Part shown: one piece after another, positions 9,990 through 19,408 of the stretch
Layout: each line of letters starts with the position of its first letter
Numbering within the stretch: the stretch's first letter is position 1
Made by a program: the position numbers and the translations under genes
Assembly (NCBI GenBank): GCA_023379125.1
Contig: JAMCSY010000010.1
Location: 913-64,912 of the forward strand
Reading direction: 5' to 3'
From: Patescibacteria group bacterium
Lineage (GTDB): Bacteria; Patescibacteriota; Microgenomatia; Daviesbacterales; UBA10151
Length of the DNA stretch: 64,000 nucleotides
The notes under the pieces: model-generated
What the model was told of the DNA's origin: nothing
The model's input: only the letters and a program-made list of their open reading frames with translations
The model's database searches: none

Positions 9990-10064
9990 AGGTCTAAATT
10001 ATACTAAAATTTGTACCTAAAGTCAAACTATAGGCTCCGAAATAAGATATGATAGAATGATAGC

Positions 10065-10373
10065 ATGATTCTTTGGATTAACACTGCTGATTCCAAGAAA
10101 ATCGAGGTTGCCTTAAAAGAAGATGAGCGAGTAGTTGATTTTTTGACTGACCATAATGAATTTGGCTCACAATCGCTGCTGCCTTTGATTGAAAAAATAT
10201 TACTTAAGCAGGGATTAAATTTTAAAGATCTTGATGAGGTTAAAGTAAATACCGGACCAGGTTCTTTTACTGGACTGAAAGTGGGAGCAGCAGTGGCACA
10301 AGCACTTAGTTATAGTTTGGGTATACCAGTAAATGGAACTGCTGATAAAGCGTTAAAAATTAGCTATACTTAA
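10065..10373 (+). CDS. tsaB: tRNA t6A biosynthesis protein TsaB (YeaZ), N-terminal domain only (102 aa)
   Basis: MILWINTADSKKIEVAL...NTGPGSFTGLKVGAAVAQALSYSLGIPVNG matches the TsaB/Kae1-family N-lobe. At 102 aa the ORF is about half the usual TsaB length. Confidence 0.65.
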   Translation: MILWINTADSKKIEVALKEDERVVDFLTDHNEFGSQSLLPLIEKILLKQGLNFKDLDEVKVNTGPGSFTGLKVGAAVAQALSYSLGIPVNGTADKALKISYT

Positions 10374-10376
10374 GTT

Positions 10377-11276
10377 GTGAACTGGCGGCATCTATTTTTA
10401 CCTCATCCACAAACTCACCAAAAAGCAAAACTACTGCATTGGCACGCTCTGGTTACCTATATTGTACTTTTTGTTTTCCTGCAAATAGGTTTTAGCGTAA
10501 TTAACACTTATAAACCAGGGGTTTTGGGTATAACTTCTAGTATCAGTAGTCAAGATGTGATTAAGTTAACCAATGTCGAAAGACAAAAAGATGGTTTATC
10601 CACTCTAGCAGAAAATTCTGAGTTATCTGCGGCAGCTTTAGCCAAAGCGAAAGATATGTTTGCTGAAAATTATTGGGCTCACTACTCACCATCTGGTAAA
10701 GATCCTTGGAGCTTTATGACTGCGCAAGGGTATCGGTTTACTTATGCAGGAGAGAATCTTGCCAAAAATTTTTATGATTCACAGTCTGTGGTGACTGCCT
10801 GGATGAACTCGCCATCCCATCGTGAGAATATGCTTAATTCTCATTATCAAGAAATTGGCGTGGCAGTTTTGGACGGTGTTTTAAATGGTCAGCAAACCAC
10901 GCTGGTAGTACAAATGTTTGGTACACCAATTCAAAGTGTGGCTGCTAAGCCAGCAGTTGACTCAGCTGCTAAACAGGTAGCTATTGTCACTCGGGTTCCC
11001 ACCCCAGCTAATGTTCAACCTGTTGTCTCCAATAACTTAGTGGCTGGCACAACAGTTAACTACCCAAATTATTTGCCCCTAATTGATCCGTATATGATTA
11101 ATCGAATATTGAGTATTTTTATCATTATGTTGATTTCCTCTCTATTGGTTATGGATTATGTCATTCTCAAAAAACGAGGAGTCTTTAGATTGTCATCACA
11201 TCATTTTGCCCATCTGAGTTTTTTAGCGGTAGCTAGCTCTGCTTTATTATTTAGTCAAGTAGGTTCTGTCTTATGA
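10377..11276 (+). CDS. CAP/SCP/PR-1 domain protein with N- and C-terminal TM segments
   Basis: YWAHYSPSGKDPW...AGENLAKNF...AWMNSPSHRENMLNSHYQEIGVAV are the conserved CAP motifs. The start codon is GTG. Confidence 0.65.
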   Translation: MNWRHLFLPHPQTHQKAKLLHWHALVTYIVLFVFLQIGFSVINTYKPGVLGITSSISSQDVIKLTNVERQKDGLSTLAENSELSAAALAKAKDMFAENYWAHYSPSGKDPWSFMTAQGYRFTYAGENLAKNFYDSQSVVTAWMNSPSHRENMLNSHYQEIGVAVLDGVLNGQQTTLVVQMFGTPIQSVAAKPAVDSAAKQVAIVTRVPTPANVQPVVSNNLVAGTTVNYPNYLPLIDPYMINRILSIFIIMLISSLLVMDYVILKKRGVFRLSSHHFAHLSFLAVASSALLFSQVGSVL

Positions 11277-11554
11277 TGAATTTATCAAAAACTACCAAAA
11301 AGCTGATGCAAAGATTAGAGGTTAAGCCGCTGTGGTTATTTATTGTGAGTACGCCATTGTTTATCTATGCGTTCATTGCTTATCGAGGTGCGCCCGGTTT
11401 AGAATTTCAGCTACTCACCCTGGCAGCTATTTTTTATGTGATGTTGGCTATATTATCGCATCACCGCGAGAAAACCTTGTCACTGGAAATAGTGATAGAA
11501 TATGTTTTAATTGCTGCTCTAGCGCTAATAGTTCTACAAGGACTAACTGTCTGA
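11273..11554 (+). CDS. Small 3-TM membrane protein
   Basis: The 93-aa protein has three hydrophobic helices. Its start is coupled by a 4-nt overlap to the upstream gene. Confidence 0.45.
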   Translation: MMNLSKTTKKLMQRLEVKPLWLFIVSTPLFIYAFIAYRGAPGLEFQLLTLAAIFYVMLAILSHHREKTLSLEIVIEYVLIAALALIVLQGLTV

Positions 11555-11560
11555 TTTGAC

Positions 11561-12640
11561 TTGATGAAAGCTATTATCCCAACAGGAGGAAGAGGCACGA
11601 GAATGCAGCCTCTAACATTCTCCGCCAATAAGCATTTTATTCCGGTTGCTAACAAACCGCTTATTTTTTATTCAATTGAAACTTTGGCCCAGGCAGGTCT
11701 TAGGGATTTTGCTATCACTTACAATCTAGGCTATCTAGATATGGTAAAACATTTTTTAGGTAATGGTAGCAAATGGGGTTTAAATTTTACTTATATTTTG
11801 CAAGAGAAACCGATTGGGCTTGCCAATATTGTACAGGTTTGTGCAAGTTACTTACGAGGAGAGAAGTTTGTACTTCATCTCGGAGATAGCATTTTTGTTG
11901 ATGGTATCAAAGCGATAGTAGAACAGTTTTTGCAAAGGAAACCTAATGGGTTAGTGACAATGATTAAACACCCGCAAAACAATAGAATGGGTGTTCCTTA
12001 TTTTGATAAAAAAGATAAATTAATCAAATATGTGGAAAAACCACCAAAACCACCTCATCAATATGCTGTTCCAGGCTTATATTTTGCCGATGCAAATTTT
12101 TTTAAATGTTTCCGTGGTAAAGATAAGATTAAACCCTCCCCCAGAGGTGAATATGAAATACCCAGTGCCTTTCAGTGGATGATTGATCATGAATTTTTAG
12201 TTGAAGTTATTGAATATCAGGGAAAATGGTTGGATCCCGGAAAGTTCGATGACTGGATTGAAGCAAACCAATATTTGCTAGATCGTTTTACTCAAACAAA
12301 TATAAAAGGGACTATTGATAAAAATTCACAGCTAGAAAATAGGGTGTCTTTAGATAAAAAAAGCCAAATAATCTCTTCCCAAATTAGAGGTCCTGTGCAA
12401 ATTGGAAAGAATGTCAAGATAGTTAATTCTTATATTGGTCCTTATACATCAATAAGTAATGGTTGTCAGATAATAGACAGTTCGATTGAGAATAGTGTCT
12501 TGATGGAAAATGTTAATGTTACAGACGTTAAACTAATTGATAACAGTTTAATCGGTAAAGATAGTGAAATTCATACTAACCATCAAGCTAAGAGGTCTCA
12601 CATATTTTTTGTTGGTGAAAAATCCCAGATAAGTTTGTAA
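11561..12640 (+). CDS. Sugar-1-phosphate nucleotidylyltransferase, long-form RmlA-like (glucose-1-P thymidylyl/uridylyltransferase family) with C-terminal left-handed beta-helix
   Basis: N-terminus MKAIIPTGGRGTRMQPLTFSANKHFIPVANKPLIFYSIETLAQAGLRDF aligns with RmlA MKGIILAGGSGTRLYPIT..K.LLPV.DKPMIYY. The C-terminal 100 aa carry hexapeptide repeats. Confidence 0.75.
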   Translation: MMKAIIPTGGRGTRMQPLTFSANKHFIPVANKPLIFYSIETLAQAGLRDFAITYNLGYLDMVKHFLGNGSKWGLNFTYILQEKPIGLANIVQVCASYLRGEKFVLHLGDSIFVDGIKAIVEQFLQRKPNGLVTMIKHPQNNRMGVPYFDKKDKLIKYVEKPPKPPHQYAVPGLYFADANFFKCFRGKDKIKPSPRGEYEIPSAFQWMIDHEFLVEVIEYQGKWLDPGKFDDWIEANQYLLDRFTQTNIKGTIDKNSQLENRVSLDKKSQIISSQIRGPVQIGKNVKIVNSYIGPYTSISNGCQIIDSSIENSVLMENVNVTDVKLIDNSLIGKDSEIHTNHQAKRSHIFFVGEKSQISL

Positions 12641-12722
12641 TCTCAGCTCTTGCACTATCTTGCAAAGTATGTTTATCATCTAACATTAAGTAGCTGCTAA
12701 CCAAAGGTTGTAAACTTCGTTT

Positions 12723-13739
12723 ATGAAAAAGAAAAAAGCTTTTATTACTGGTATAACTGGCCAAGATGGCTCGTATTTGACGGAATTACTTTTGGCAAAA
12801 GGATATTTAGTGGGAGGGTTGATTCGAAGAAATGCGGGTAATGATTTAGGCAATATTAAACATCTCAAAAGTGAGCTTAAGCTCTATCATGGTGATATGC
12901 ATTCTGCAGACTCAATATCTTTGGCCTTATCTGATTTCAAACCAGATGAAATTTATAATTTAGCCTCGCAATCCTCACCCCTAGCTTCTTTCACTGATCG
13001 CTTAGGGACCGTGATGGTAACAGGAGTGGGAGCGATGTTGGTTTTTGATAAAGCTAAGGAAATTGTCCCCAAAGCAAAAGTTTATCAAGCTTCAACCTCA
13101 GAAATGTTTGGTGCTCCAAAACAAATCCCTCAAAATGAAGATACGATCTTTAGTCCAGCTAATCCTTATGCTGTGGCTAAAGAGTTTGCTCATCGGATGG
13201 CAATTCTGGCTAGGCAGGATCATAAAAAAGCACAATTTATCTCTTGTGGTATTTTGTTCAATCATGAATCTCCTCGCCGAGGTTTGCAGTTTATAACTCG
13301 CAAAGTCTCAGTAGCTGTTGCTTGCATCAAAAATGGACTAAAAAATAGTCAGGTTCCTTTGAATGAAATAGGTCAACCAATTATTCAAAATGGCAAATTG
13401 CGCGTAGGCGATTTGTCTGCCCAAAGAGATTGGGGTTATGCTCCGGATTATGTGGAGGCAATGTGGCGAATTTTGCAACAAGATGAGCCTGATGATTTTG
13501 TGATTGCCACAGGTGAGGTTCATTCTGTCAAAGAACTTTGTCAAGAAGCTTTCGCAGTAGCAGGGTTAGATTGGAAAAAATATGTGATTACTGATAACCA
13601 CTTTGTCCCTCCAGTACAAACTGGGCCATTATGTGGTGACTATAGAAAAGCTAAAAAGATTATAGGTTGGGAGCCGAAGACAACCTTTAGCGATTTAGTT
13701 AAAATTATGGTCGAAGCAGATATAAAAAATTTCTCTTAA
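12723..13739 (+). CDS. gmd: GDP-mannose 4,6-dehydratase
   Basis: KKAFITGITGQDGSYLTELLLAKGY is the Gmd N-terminal Rossmann signature. YAVAKEFAH supplies the catalytic YxxxK. Confidence 0.85.
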   Translation: MKKKKAFITGITGQDGSYLTELLLAKGYLVGGLIRRNAGNDLGNIKHLKSELKLYHGDMHSADSISLALSDFKPDEIYNLASQSSPLASFTDRLGTVMVTGVGAMLVFDKAKEIVPKAKVYQASTSEMFGAPKQIPQNEDTIFSPANPYAVAKEFAHRMAILARQDHKKAQFISCGILFNHESPRRGLQFITRKVSVAVACIKNGLKNSQVPLNEIGQPIIQNGKLRVGDLSAQRDWGYAPDYVEAMWRILQQDEPDDFVIATGEVHSVKELCQEAFAVAGLDWKKYVITDNHFVPPVQTGPLCGDYRKAKKIIGWEPKTTFSDLVKIMVEADIKNFS

Positions 13740-13745
13740 TATAGA

Positions 13746-14051
13746 TTAGCCTCTTGTGTATAAGTAATCTTTGTAGTGTCGCTGTTTTCTAGATAATGAT
13801 GAAATAGGTGCATAAAACCGCACAGTTTCTAATAAACTTTGATCACGCACTACGGTATTTCTACTCGCTACTGGAGGAAAAACACTACCATCTTCTTCGA
13901 TTGTCTGCAAACATAAATTTTCCCAGCGATCGAGTACTTCCAGCCAACACGCGCGGATAATTGGCGATATTTCTTGAGGATTTAAAGTTGCCGAATATAA
14001 TCTGGCATTAATGACACGACAAATCAGTTCTGCTTTATCTTTTCTTTCCAT
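13746..14051 (-). CDS. Hypothetical protein (101 aa)
   Basis: The ORF sits on the opposite strand between gmd and a tRNA-binding protein gene. No motifs were recognised. Confidence 0.35.
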   Translation of the reverse strand: MERKDKAELICRVINARLYSATLNPQEISPIIRACWLEVLDRWENLCLQTIEEDGSVFPPVASRNTVVRDQSLLETVRFYAPISSLSRKQRHYKDYLYTRG

Positions 14052-14121
14052 TACTGTACAGTATTATCTGTCAAAAACAGATTAGACTGGAATTACTATA
14101 ACTTGTCCTAAGGAGATGTAA

Positions 14122-14475
14122 ATGATTAAACCACCGATTGATTTTGCTGATTTTACCAAAGTAGATATTCGAATAGGCAGAGTGGTTAGAGTAGAAGATT
14201 TTCCCCAAGCTAAAAAACCTGCATATAAATTATGGATTGATTTTGGGTCAGAAATCGGAGTAAAAACTTCAAGCGCTCAGATTGTCAAAAATCACACTAA
14301 AGACGAACTTCTAAATAAACTAGTAGCTTGTGTTGTAAATTTTCTAGAGAAACAAGTAGGTCCTTTTACCTCGCAAGTGTTAACTTTGGGACCTGATGAT
14401 GGTACAGAGGAACCAAGTAATTGGGTTGTTTTGACTCCGATAAAAGAAGTGCCCTTGGGAAGTGTTGTTAAATGA
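14122..14475 (+). CDS. tRNA-binding domain protein (CsaA/Trbp111-like)
   Basis: FADFTKVDIRIGRVVRVEDFPQAKKPAYKLWIDFGSEIGVKTSSAQIV matches the OB-fold tRNA-binding domain. Confidence 0.7.
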   Translation: MIKPPIDFADFTKVDIRIGRVVRVEDFPQAKKPAYKLWIDFGSEIGVKTSSAQIVKNHTKDELLNKLVACVVNFLEKQVGPFTSQVLTLGPDDGTEEPSNWVVLTPIKEVPLGSVVK

Positions 14476-14541
14476 TTTGGTCAAGATATTGTCAAAAAAT
14501 TACACTTCCCGTACAATCAAGCAAGATTATCTGAAGATTCG

Positions 14542-15735
14542 ATGAAAAAAGTTGTTGTTGTATTACCCACCTATAATGAAAAGAGGAATCTAGAGAAATT
14601 TATTGGTGAGGTTTTTAAGCAGGAAAATGAGCTACCTGGTTTTAAAATTGAAGTTTTAATTGTTGATAGCTCTTCCCCTGATGGGACAGGAGAACTAGCT
14701 CAAAAATTAGCTGCTAAAAATCCAAAAATACACTTTTTAAATGTAGGTAGAGGTTTGGGGGTTGCCTTGGTGCAAGGTCATCAATATAGTTTATCTCATC
14801 TGAAGCCTGATATCTTAGCTCAGCTAGATGCTGATGGACAAGTAGAGGCTGATGTTTTAGTTAGGTTGGTTAAAGCAGTCGATGAGGGGTTTGATTTGGC
14901 CTTGGGTTCAAGGTTTGTGGAAGGTGGTAAAAATAAACTCTCACCTTCACGACAGCTTTTTTCTGCGGGGTCTTCTTGGATATGCCGAATTATTATGGGG
15001 CCTATAAACATAAAAGAATTTACCAATTCTGCGCGAGCTTTTACTCCAGCGTTATTTAAGAAAATTAATTTAAACAGATTGCCTTGGCATGAACAGTCTT
15101 TTATTATTCAACCAGCTTTTTTAAATGAAGCGATTTTAACTGGAGCGAAATATAAAGAAGTGCCATTGGTTTTTAAAAACAGGGCGGAAGGCTACTCTAA
15201 AAATAAAGTTGTGCAGTACATGTATGATGTGATCACTTATGCGATTGATGCCAGATTGCATAAATGGGGGATCAATTTTGACTTCTATCATTACACTAGA
15301 AGAGCACGGACTTTTCTCAAATTTGGTACTGTTGGATTAACAGGAACCTTAGTTGATTTTGGCTTTTATAATATTTTTATTAACTTTTTCTCGATTGCTC
15401 CAGCTACAGCCAAAGGTTTTTCTACAGAAATTGCGATTATCAATAACTTTACCTTAAATAATGTTTGGACATTTAAGTATCGCAAAACTACCACTAAGCT
15501 TTGGCAAAAATTTATTATTTTTAATATTGTCAGTTTAGGCGGATTAGCAATTGCAGTAACTATGATTAAATTACTGCACATGCTTTATGGTGATGGTTTT
15601 TGGCATTTGGGGCCAATCAGCATTCCTTTTTATAATCTCTATTTCTTCGCGACCATTCCTCCAGTGATGATCTGGAATTTTGTAGTTAACCACTTGGTTA
15701 CTTGGAGAAATCATCCAGAACAAGATACTCATTGA
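14542..15735 (+). CDS. GT2 polyprenyl-phosphate glycosyltransferase fused to a C-terminal GtrA-like 4-TM domain
   Basis: N-terminus VVVLPTYNEKRNLEKF...VLIVDSSSPDGT and the DADGQ motif indicate GT2. The C-terminal FGTVGLTGTLVDFGFYN...NNFTLNNVWTF indicates GtrA. Confidence 0.75.
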   Translation: MKKVVVVLPTYNEKRNLEKFIGEVFKQENELPGFKIEVLIVDSSSPDGTGELAQKLAAKNPKIHFLNVGRGLGVALVQGHQYSLSHLKPDILAQLDADGQVEADVLVRLVKAVDEGFDLALGSRFVEGGKNKLSPSRQLFSAGSSWICRIIMGPINIKEFTNSARAFTPALFKKINLNRLPWHEQSFIIQPAFLNEAILTGAKYKEVPLVFKNRAEGYSKNKVVQYMYDVITYAIDARLHKWGINFDFYHYTRRARTFLKFGTVGLTGTLVDFGFYNIFINFFSIAPATAKGFSTEIAIINNFTLNNVWTFKYRKTTTKLWQKFIIFNIVSLGGLAIAVTMIKLLHMLYGDGFWHLGPISIPFYNLYFFATIPPVMIWNFVVNHLVTWRNHPEQDTH

Positions 15736-15739
15736 GAAA

Positions 15740-16105
15740 ATGTGCGAATCTGATCAAGTAATAATTGGAGGGGGAGAATGCTTTTTTGAAAAGTTACTTG
15801 AGCTTGACTTAGAATCAGACCGTCTAATTGTATCTAAAGCAAGATTGCTCTGTGTCCAGTATGCTCAAGAACAATACCGCTATGCACTTGCTCATAAAGG
15901 TGAGGTATTGGAATTAGATGGCAGGGATACAAGTCTATTGGAATCTAGAAAATGGGTAGCTGCTTTGTTGGGTAGCAAAGAAGATAAATGGGGCATTATG
16001 GCATTAATAATAGAATTACATGCCAGTGACTTTCTGCGCTATGACGATGAAGATTTTCAGAACGTTGGACAGAAGTTGCTAAGATTGAGTCAGTTAGTTA
16101 GATAA
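15740..16105 (+). CDS. Hypothetical protein (121 aa)
   Basis: ORF only. No recognisable motifs. Confidence 0.35.
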   Translation: MCESDQVIIGGGECFFEKLLELDLESDRLIVSKARLLCVQYAQEQYRYALAHKGEVLELDGRDTSLLESRKWVAALLGSKEDKWGIMALIIELHASDFLRYDDEDFQNVGQKLLRLSQLVR

Positions 16106-16118
16106 TTTTACATGAAAT

Positions 16119-16660
16119 ATGGCTTCTAAGGAAAGGATAACTGTTGTGGTCGGTTCGACTAATCTTAATAAAACTATTCCGGCTGAATTGGTTTTTTCAC
16201 TGCATTGGCCTCATGTTTCTTGGTAGGAATTGATGTAGATTCAGGTGTTGCTGAACAACCTCTGAGTGAGCAGGAAAGCTATTTGGGGGCAGTTAATAGA
16301 GCCCTAAGTGCGCTTCAAAGTGATAGAGAGGCACAGTTTGGAGTGGGGATAGAAGGTGGTATTATTCATCTTCCTTATGGTTATTTTGAAAGATCAGTAG
16401 TAGTGATAAGAGATAGAGCTAACCATGAGGGAATTGGTCTAACAGCAGGGATATATCTTCCTTTGCAGATTGTGGAACAAGTGAAAAGAGGGAACAGGCT
16501 TTCTGATGTGCTAGATAACATGTTTGGGACTAAGGAGATTGGTAAAAAAGAAAGTGTTATCGGATTGCTTTCTAATGGTGTAGTGGACAGGCAAAGTTAT
16601 ACACAGCAGGCTATAGCCTTAGCTAGATTTCTTCATCCAGACATCTATGAAATAAATTAG
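16119..16660 (+). pseudogene. YjjX-like non-canonical purine NTP phosphatase (DUF84) interrupted by a -1 frameshift near a T6 run (16192-16197)
   Basis: Frame 0 from the ATG at 16119 gives MASKERITVVVGSTNLNKTIPAELVF..., the YjjX N-terminus, and stops at 16224-16226. Frame 2 from 16187 continues ...VGIDVDSGVAEQPLSEQESYLGAVNRA...IGKKESVIGLLSNGVVDRQSYTQQAIALARFL, the YjjX core. Adding one T in the run restores a single ORF. Confidence 0.55.
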
Positions 16661-16766
16661 GTTGTGCTAATGTGATAATTTGTGAAATATTGCGATCAAT
16701 ATAGTTTAGTAGGTTTTTTATTGGAAATCGTTAATATGGCTGTTAATACTAAGAATGCCGCACTAT

Positions 16767-17396
16767 TTACATTGTCACAAGCCAAGCTCGGGACCAGATT
16801 CGATAAATGCGATCAAAGTCATTTTCTACCATTATTCCAAAAGATAATTCCTCTCTGGCAAAATAACTATCGCCACCAAATTGTCCTTCCAGTTTTGGAC
16901 TACCGAAGAAAGTACCCCATTCTTTTCTCTCATGCTCTATGAAAGTCCACAAAGCTTCGGGCATAGTTAATGTCTGCTCCGGAAATTTATCGAGCTCCTC
17001 TTCTGTTAATTCCTCAAAATGAAACCTTAAGCTAAGAGCACTAGTAAGTCTTAGTTGACGAAGGTAACCATCTTTACTAGGATTTTTTGATTCAGCGAGA
17101 AAGGCAGCGTAATCTCGTCCAGTACCCATACCTAATATTCTAGTGAGAGCCATAAAGTCCTCTTTTTTTATCTTATTACTAAAGAAAAGTACTCCTCCAG
17201 TTGGCTCCTGAGTTGGTCCTATTTTAAATGGGTCAAAGTCTCTTACTTGATAACCATAAACAGCGTTTCCAGTTGCTGCAAAATGAGATAAGTCACCAGA
17301 TTGATGAGCAGAATCTGTATTAGGATAAAAAAGTGGAGATAACCTAATTACTCCATCATGCCCTTCGATAGCAAATTGTTGAGGATGTTCTGGCAT
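16767..17396 (-). CDS. Hypothetical protein (209 aa)
   Basis: ORF on the opposite strand. No recognised motifs. Confidence 0.4.
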   Translation of the reverse strand: MPEHPQQFAIEGHDGVIRLSPLFYPNTDSAHQSGDLSHFAATGNAVYGYQVRDFDPFKIGPTQEPTGGVLFFSNKIKKEDFMALTRILGMGTGRDYAAFLAESKNPSKDGYLRQLRLTSALSLRFHFEELTEEELDKFPEQTLTMPEALWTFIEHERKEWGTFFGSPKLEGQFGGDSYFAREELSFGIMVENDFDRIYRIWSRAWLVTM

Positions 17397-17463
17397 ATAT
17401 CTTGGGCAGTAAGTAAGGGAATACTAAATGATTTTTCTAATAAGATCAAGATTTACTAACTAT

Positions 17464-18612
17464 TTAGTTAAAAGGAAGTAAGTTGGGCACAGGAGCGGTG
17501 TTATTGATAATAAAATTTTGGGCATATAGATAAATTGCTGGCAACAAGATTATTAAGGCAATTTTAAATTCTTTAGAAACTAAGACTCTTTCAAAAGCAA
17601 TAATTACAAAAGGCATCACTGGCAAAATATATCTAGAGATATCACGGTGAGCAACAAAAACAGTAGCTGTGAAAAAAGTTAGCACAAAAAAACCTGCTAC
17701 CTGAAGTTTAGATTTAAGCAGCATAATTCCACCAAGTAGGCTGAGTAAGAAAATATAAATAATATCTTCGAGCCAGATACTGCCAACCCAATACTGAGAT
17801 TGATTAAAAACCTGAAAGGGAGGAAATGTAAGATGGATATTATCCCCTGTGTGGAAAAAGGCCCAAAAATCTCCTAGCTGCAGCTGATAAAAATAGAACA
17901 CTGCTAGAAGAGTTAAAGGCCCCAGTATTACTGGATAATAAGCCAAGATTTTTTTTAGACTGATTCTTTTGCTGATTAAGTGGTAAAGTAGATAAAAATA
18001 AAAAGCGGCAAAAAGTAATACTCCTGGTGGTCTAACCAGCAAAGCCAAACAGGCAAAAATTGATGAAAAACAGATGTTTAAGTTAAAATGTTTTTCCTGA
18101 GCCATTTGGAAAAAATAAATAGAGAGGATTGTTAAAAAAATTGCCACTGGTTCTGGAGAACCAACACTGTGCACAATTACCCACCTGGCTGGTAAGATTA
18201 AAAAAATTATCGATAACCACAGAGGTTGTGATGTTAATTTAAACTTGGTAATAAGCAGATAAAAGGCACAAACAGAAAGAGCAGTAAATAAAACTGAGAC
18301 AAAAAGCATAGATTTAAGATATCCAAGCAAAGGAGCAAAAAGAGCTATCAATAAAGGGTATCCCGGAAAATGAGCTGGAAAATAGTTAGCAGGTAAGTTA
18401 GTTGGGATGAGTGCAAGCTTGGCTGGATCGTAAAAAGTTTTGGCAATTACTGCATACTCCAATCCATCAAAATTGCGATAAATTGTTGCTAACCCCGCCG
18501 AAAAATCTAAATTATAAAAATGAACTTTGGCTATAAAAGGTAGCCAGATTAACAGGGTTAATGCCAGTGTGATTATGGTAAGTAAACACCAGTCTTTGAA
18601 AGTTTTGGACAT
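17464..18612 (-). CDS. Polytopic membrane protein, GT-C-like 'family E' (FDG..Y...FFPGYP motif); paralog of 57221-58438
   Basis: About 11 TM helices. The loop motif NFDGLEYAVIAKTFY...AHFPGYPLLIALF matches WANFDGSHYLSIVNYGY...AFFPGYPVAVWLV in the 57221 protein. The family resembles PIG-V/DUF2029-type mannosyltransferases. Confidence 0.5.
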   Translation of the reverse strand: MSKTFKDWCLLTIITLALTLLIWLPFIAKVHFYNLDFSAGLATIYRNFDGLEYAVIAKTFYDPAKLALIPTNLPANYFPAHFPGYPLLIALFAPLLGYLKSMLFVSVLFTALSVCAFYLLITKFKLTSQPLWLSIIFLILPARWVIVHSVGSPEPVAIFLTILSIYFFQMAQEKHFNLNICFSSIFACLALLVRPPGVLLFAAFYFYLLYHLISKRISLKKILAYYPVILGPLTLLAVFYFYQLQLGDFWAFFHTGDNIHLTFPPFQVFNQSQYWVGSIWLEDIIYIFLLSLLGGIMLLKSKLQVAGFFVLTFFTATVFVAHRDISRYILPVMPFVIIAFERVLVSKEFKIALIILLPAIYLYAQNFIINNTAPVPNLLPFN

Positions 18613-18672
18613 ATGAAGCTTATCTAAATGTTAGCACAACGATCTGAAGTTATGCTACACTAAGCTGGAAAT

Positions 18673-19374
18673 ATGGAAGTTTCTGAGCTTTCTGCCTTTT
18701 TTCCAGCTTATAACGAAGAAAAAAATATTGCCCAAACAGTAGATAGAGCTTTTTCTGTGCTTTCAAAATTGCCTTTAAAAAAGTTTGAAGTAATTGTTAT
18801 TAATGATGGCTCACAGGATAAAACAGACCAAGTTCTAGAGAAACTACAAAAAAAATATACTCAACTAAGAGTGATTACTCACCATCCTAATAAAGGTTAT
18901 GGTGAGGCTATTAAGAGTGGTCTGTATAATGCCAAGTATGATTGGATTGTTTTTACTGATGCTGATGGACAGTTTGATTTCAGTGAAGTAGAAAATTTAT
19001 TAGCCAAAATCAATCAAGCCCCAGTGGTTGTTGGCTTTCGGCTTAATCGGCAAGATTCACTACTTAGAAAATTTAATGGTTGGGGTTGGACACTGCTAGC
19101 TAATATTTTATTAGGTATTAACATCAGAGATGTGGATTGTGCTTTTAAGCTTATTAAAAAAGAAGTGATTGATCATATCCCACATCTGCAATCAACCAGA
19201 GGAGGTATGATCTCTCCGGAATTAATTGCTCGTATCAGGAAAGCGGGATATCCGATTGTTGAGGTAGGAGTCCATCATTTTTCGCGCTCTCATGGAAAAC
19301 AAACAGGCGCCAATATACGGGTAATTATAAAATCCTTTATTGATCTCTTTAAGTTGTGGTGGCAGTTACGTTAA
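18673..19374 (+). CDS. GT2 glycosyltransferase (dolichyl/polyprenyl-phosphate sugar synthase-like)
   Basis: FFPAYNEEKNIAQTVDR...VIVINDGSQDKT...FTDADGQ. Confidence 0.8.
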   Translation: MEVSELSAFFPAYNEEKNIAQTVDRAFSVLSKLPLKKFEVIVINDGSQDKTDQVLEKLQKKYTQLRVITHHPNKGYGEAIKSGLYNAKYDWIVFTDADGQFDFSEVENLLAKINQAPVVVGFRLNRQDSLLRKFNGWGWTLLANILLGINIRDVDCAFKLIKKEVIDHIPHLQSTRGGMISPELIARIRKAGYPIVEVGVHHFSRSHGKQTGANIRVIIKSFIDLFKLWWQLR

Positions 19375-19408
19375 CAGCTTCAAGCTTTCTTGGTGTTATA
19401 CTAAAATC

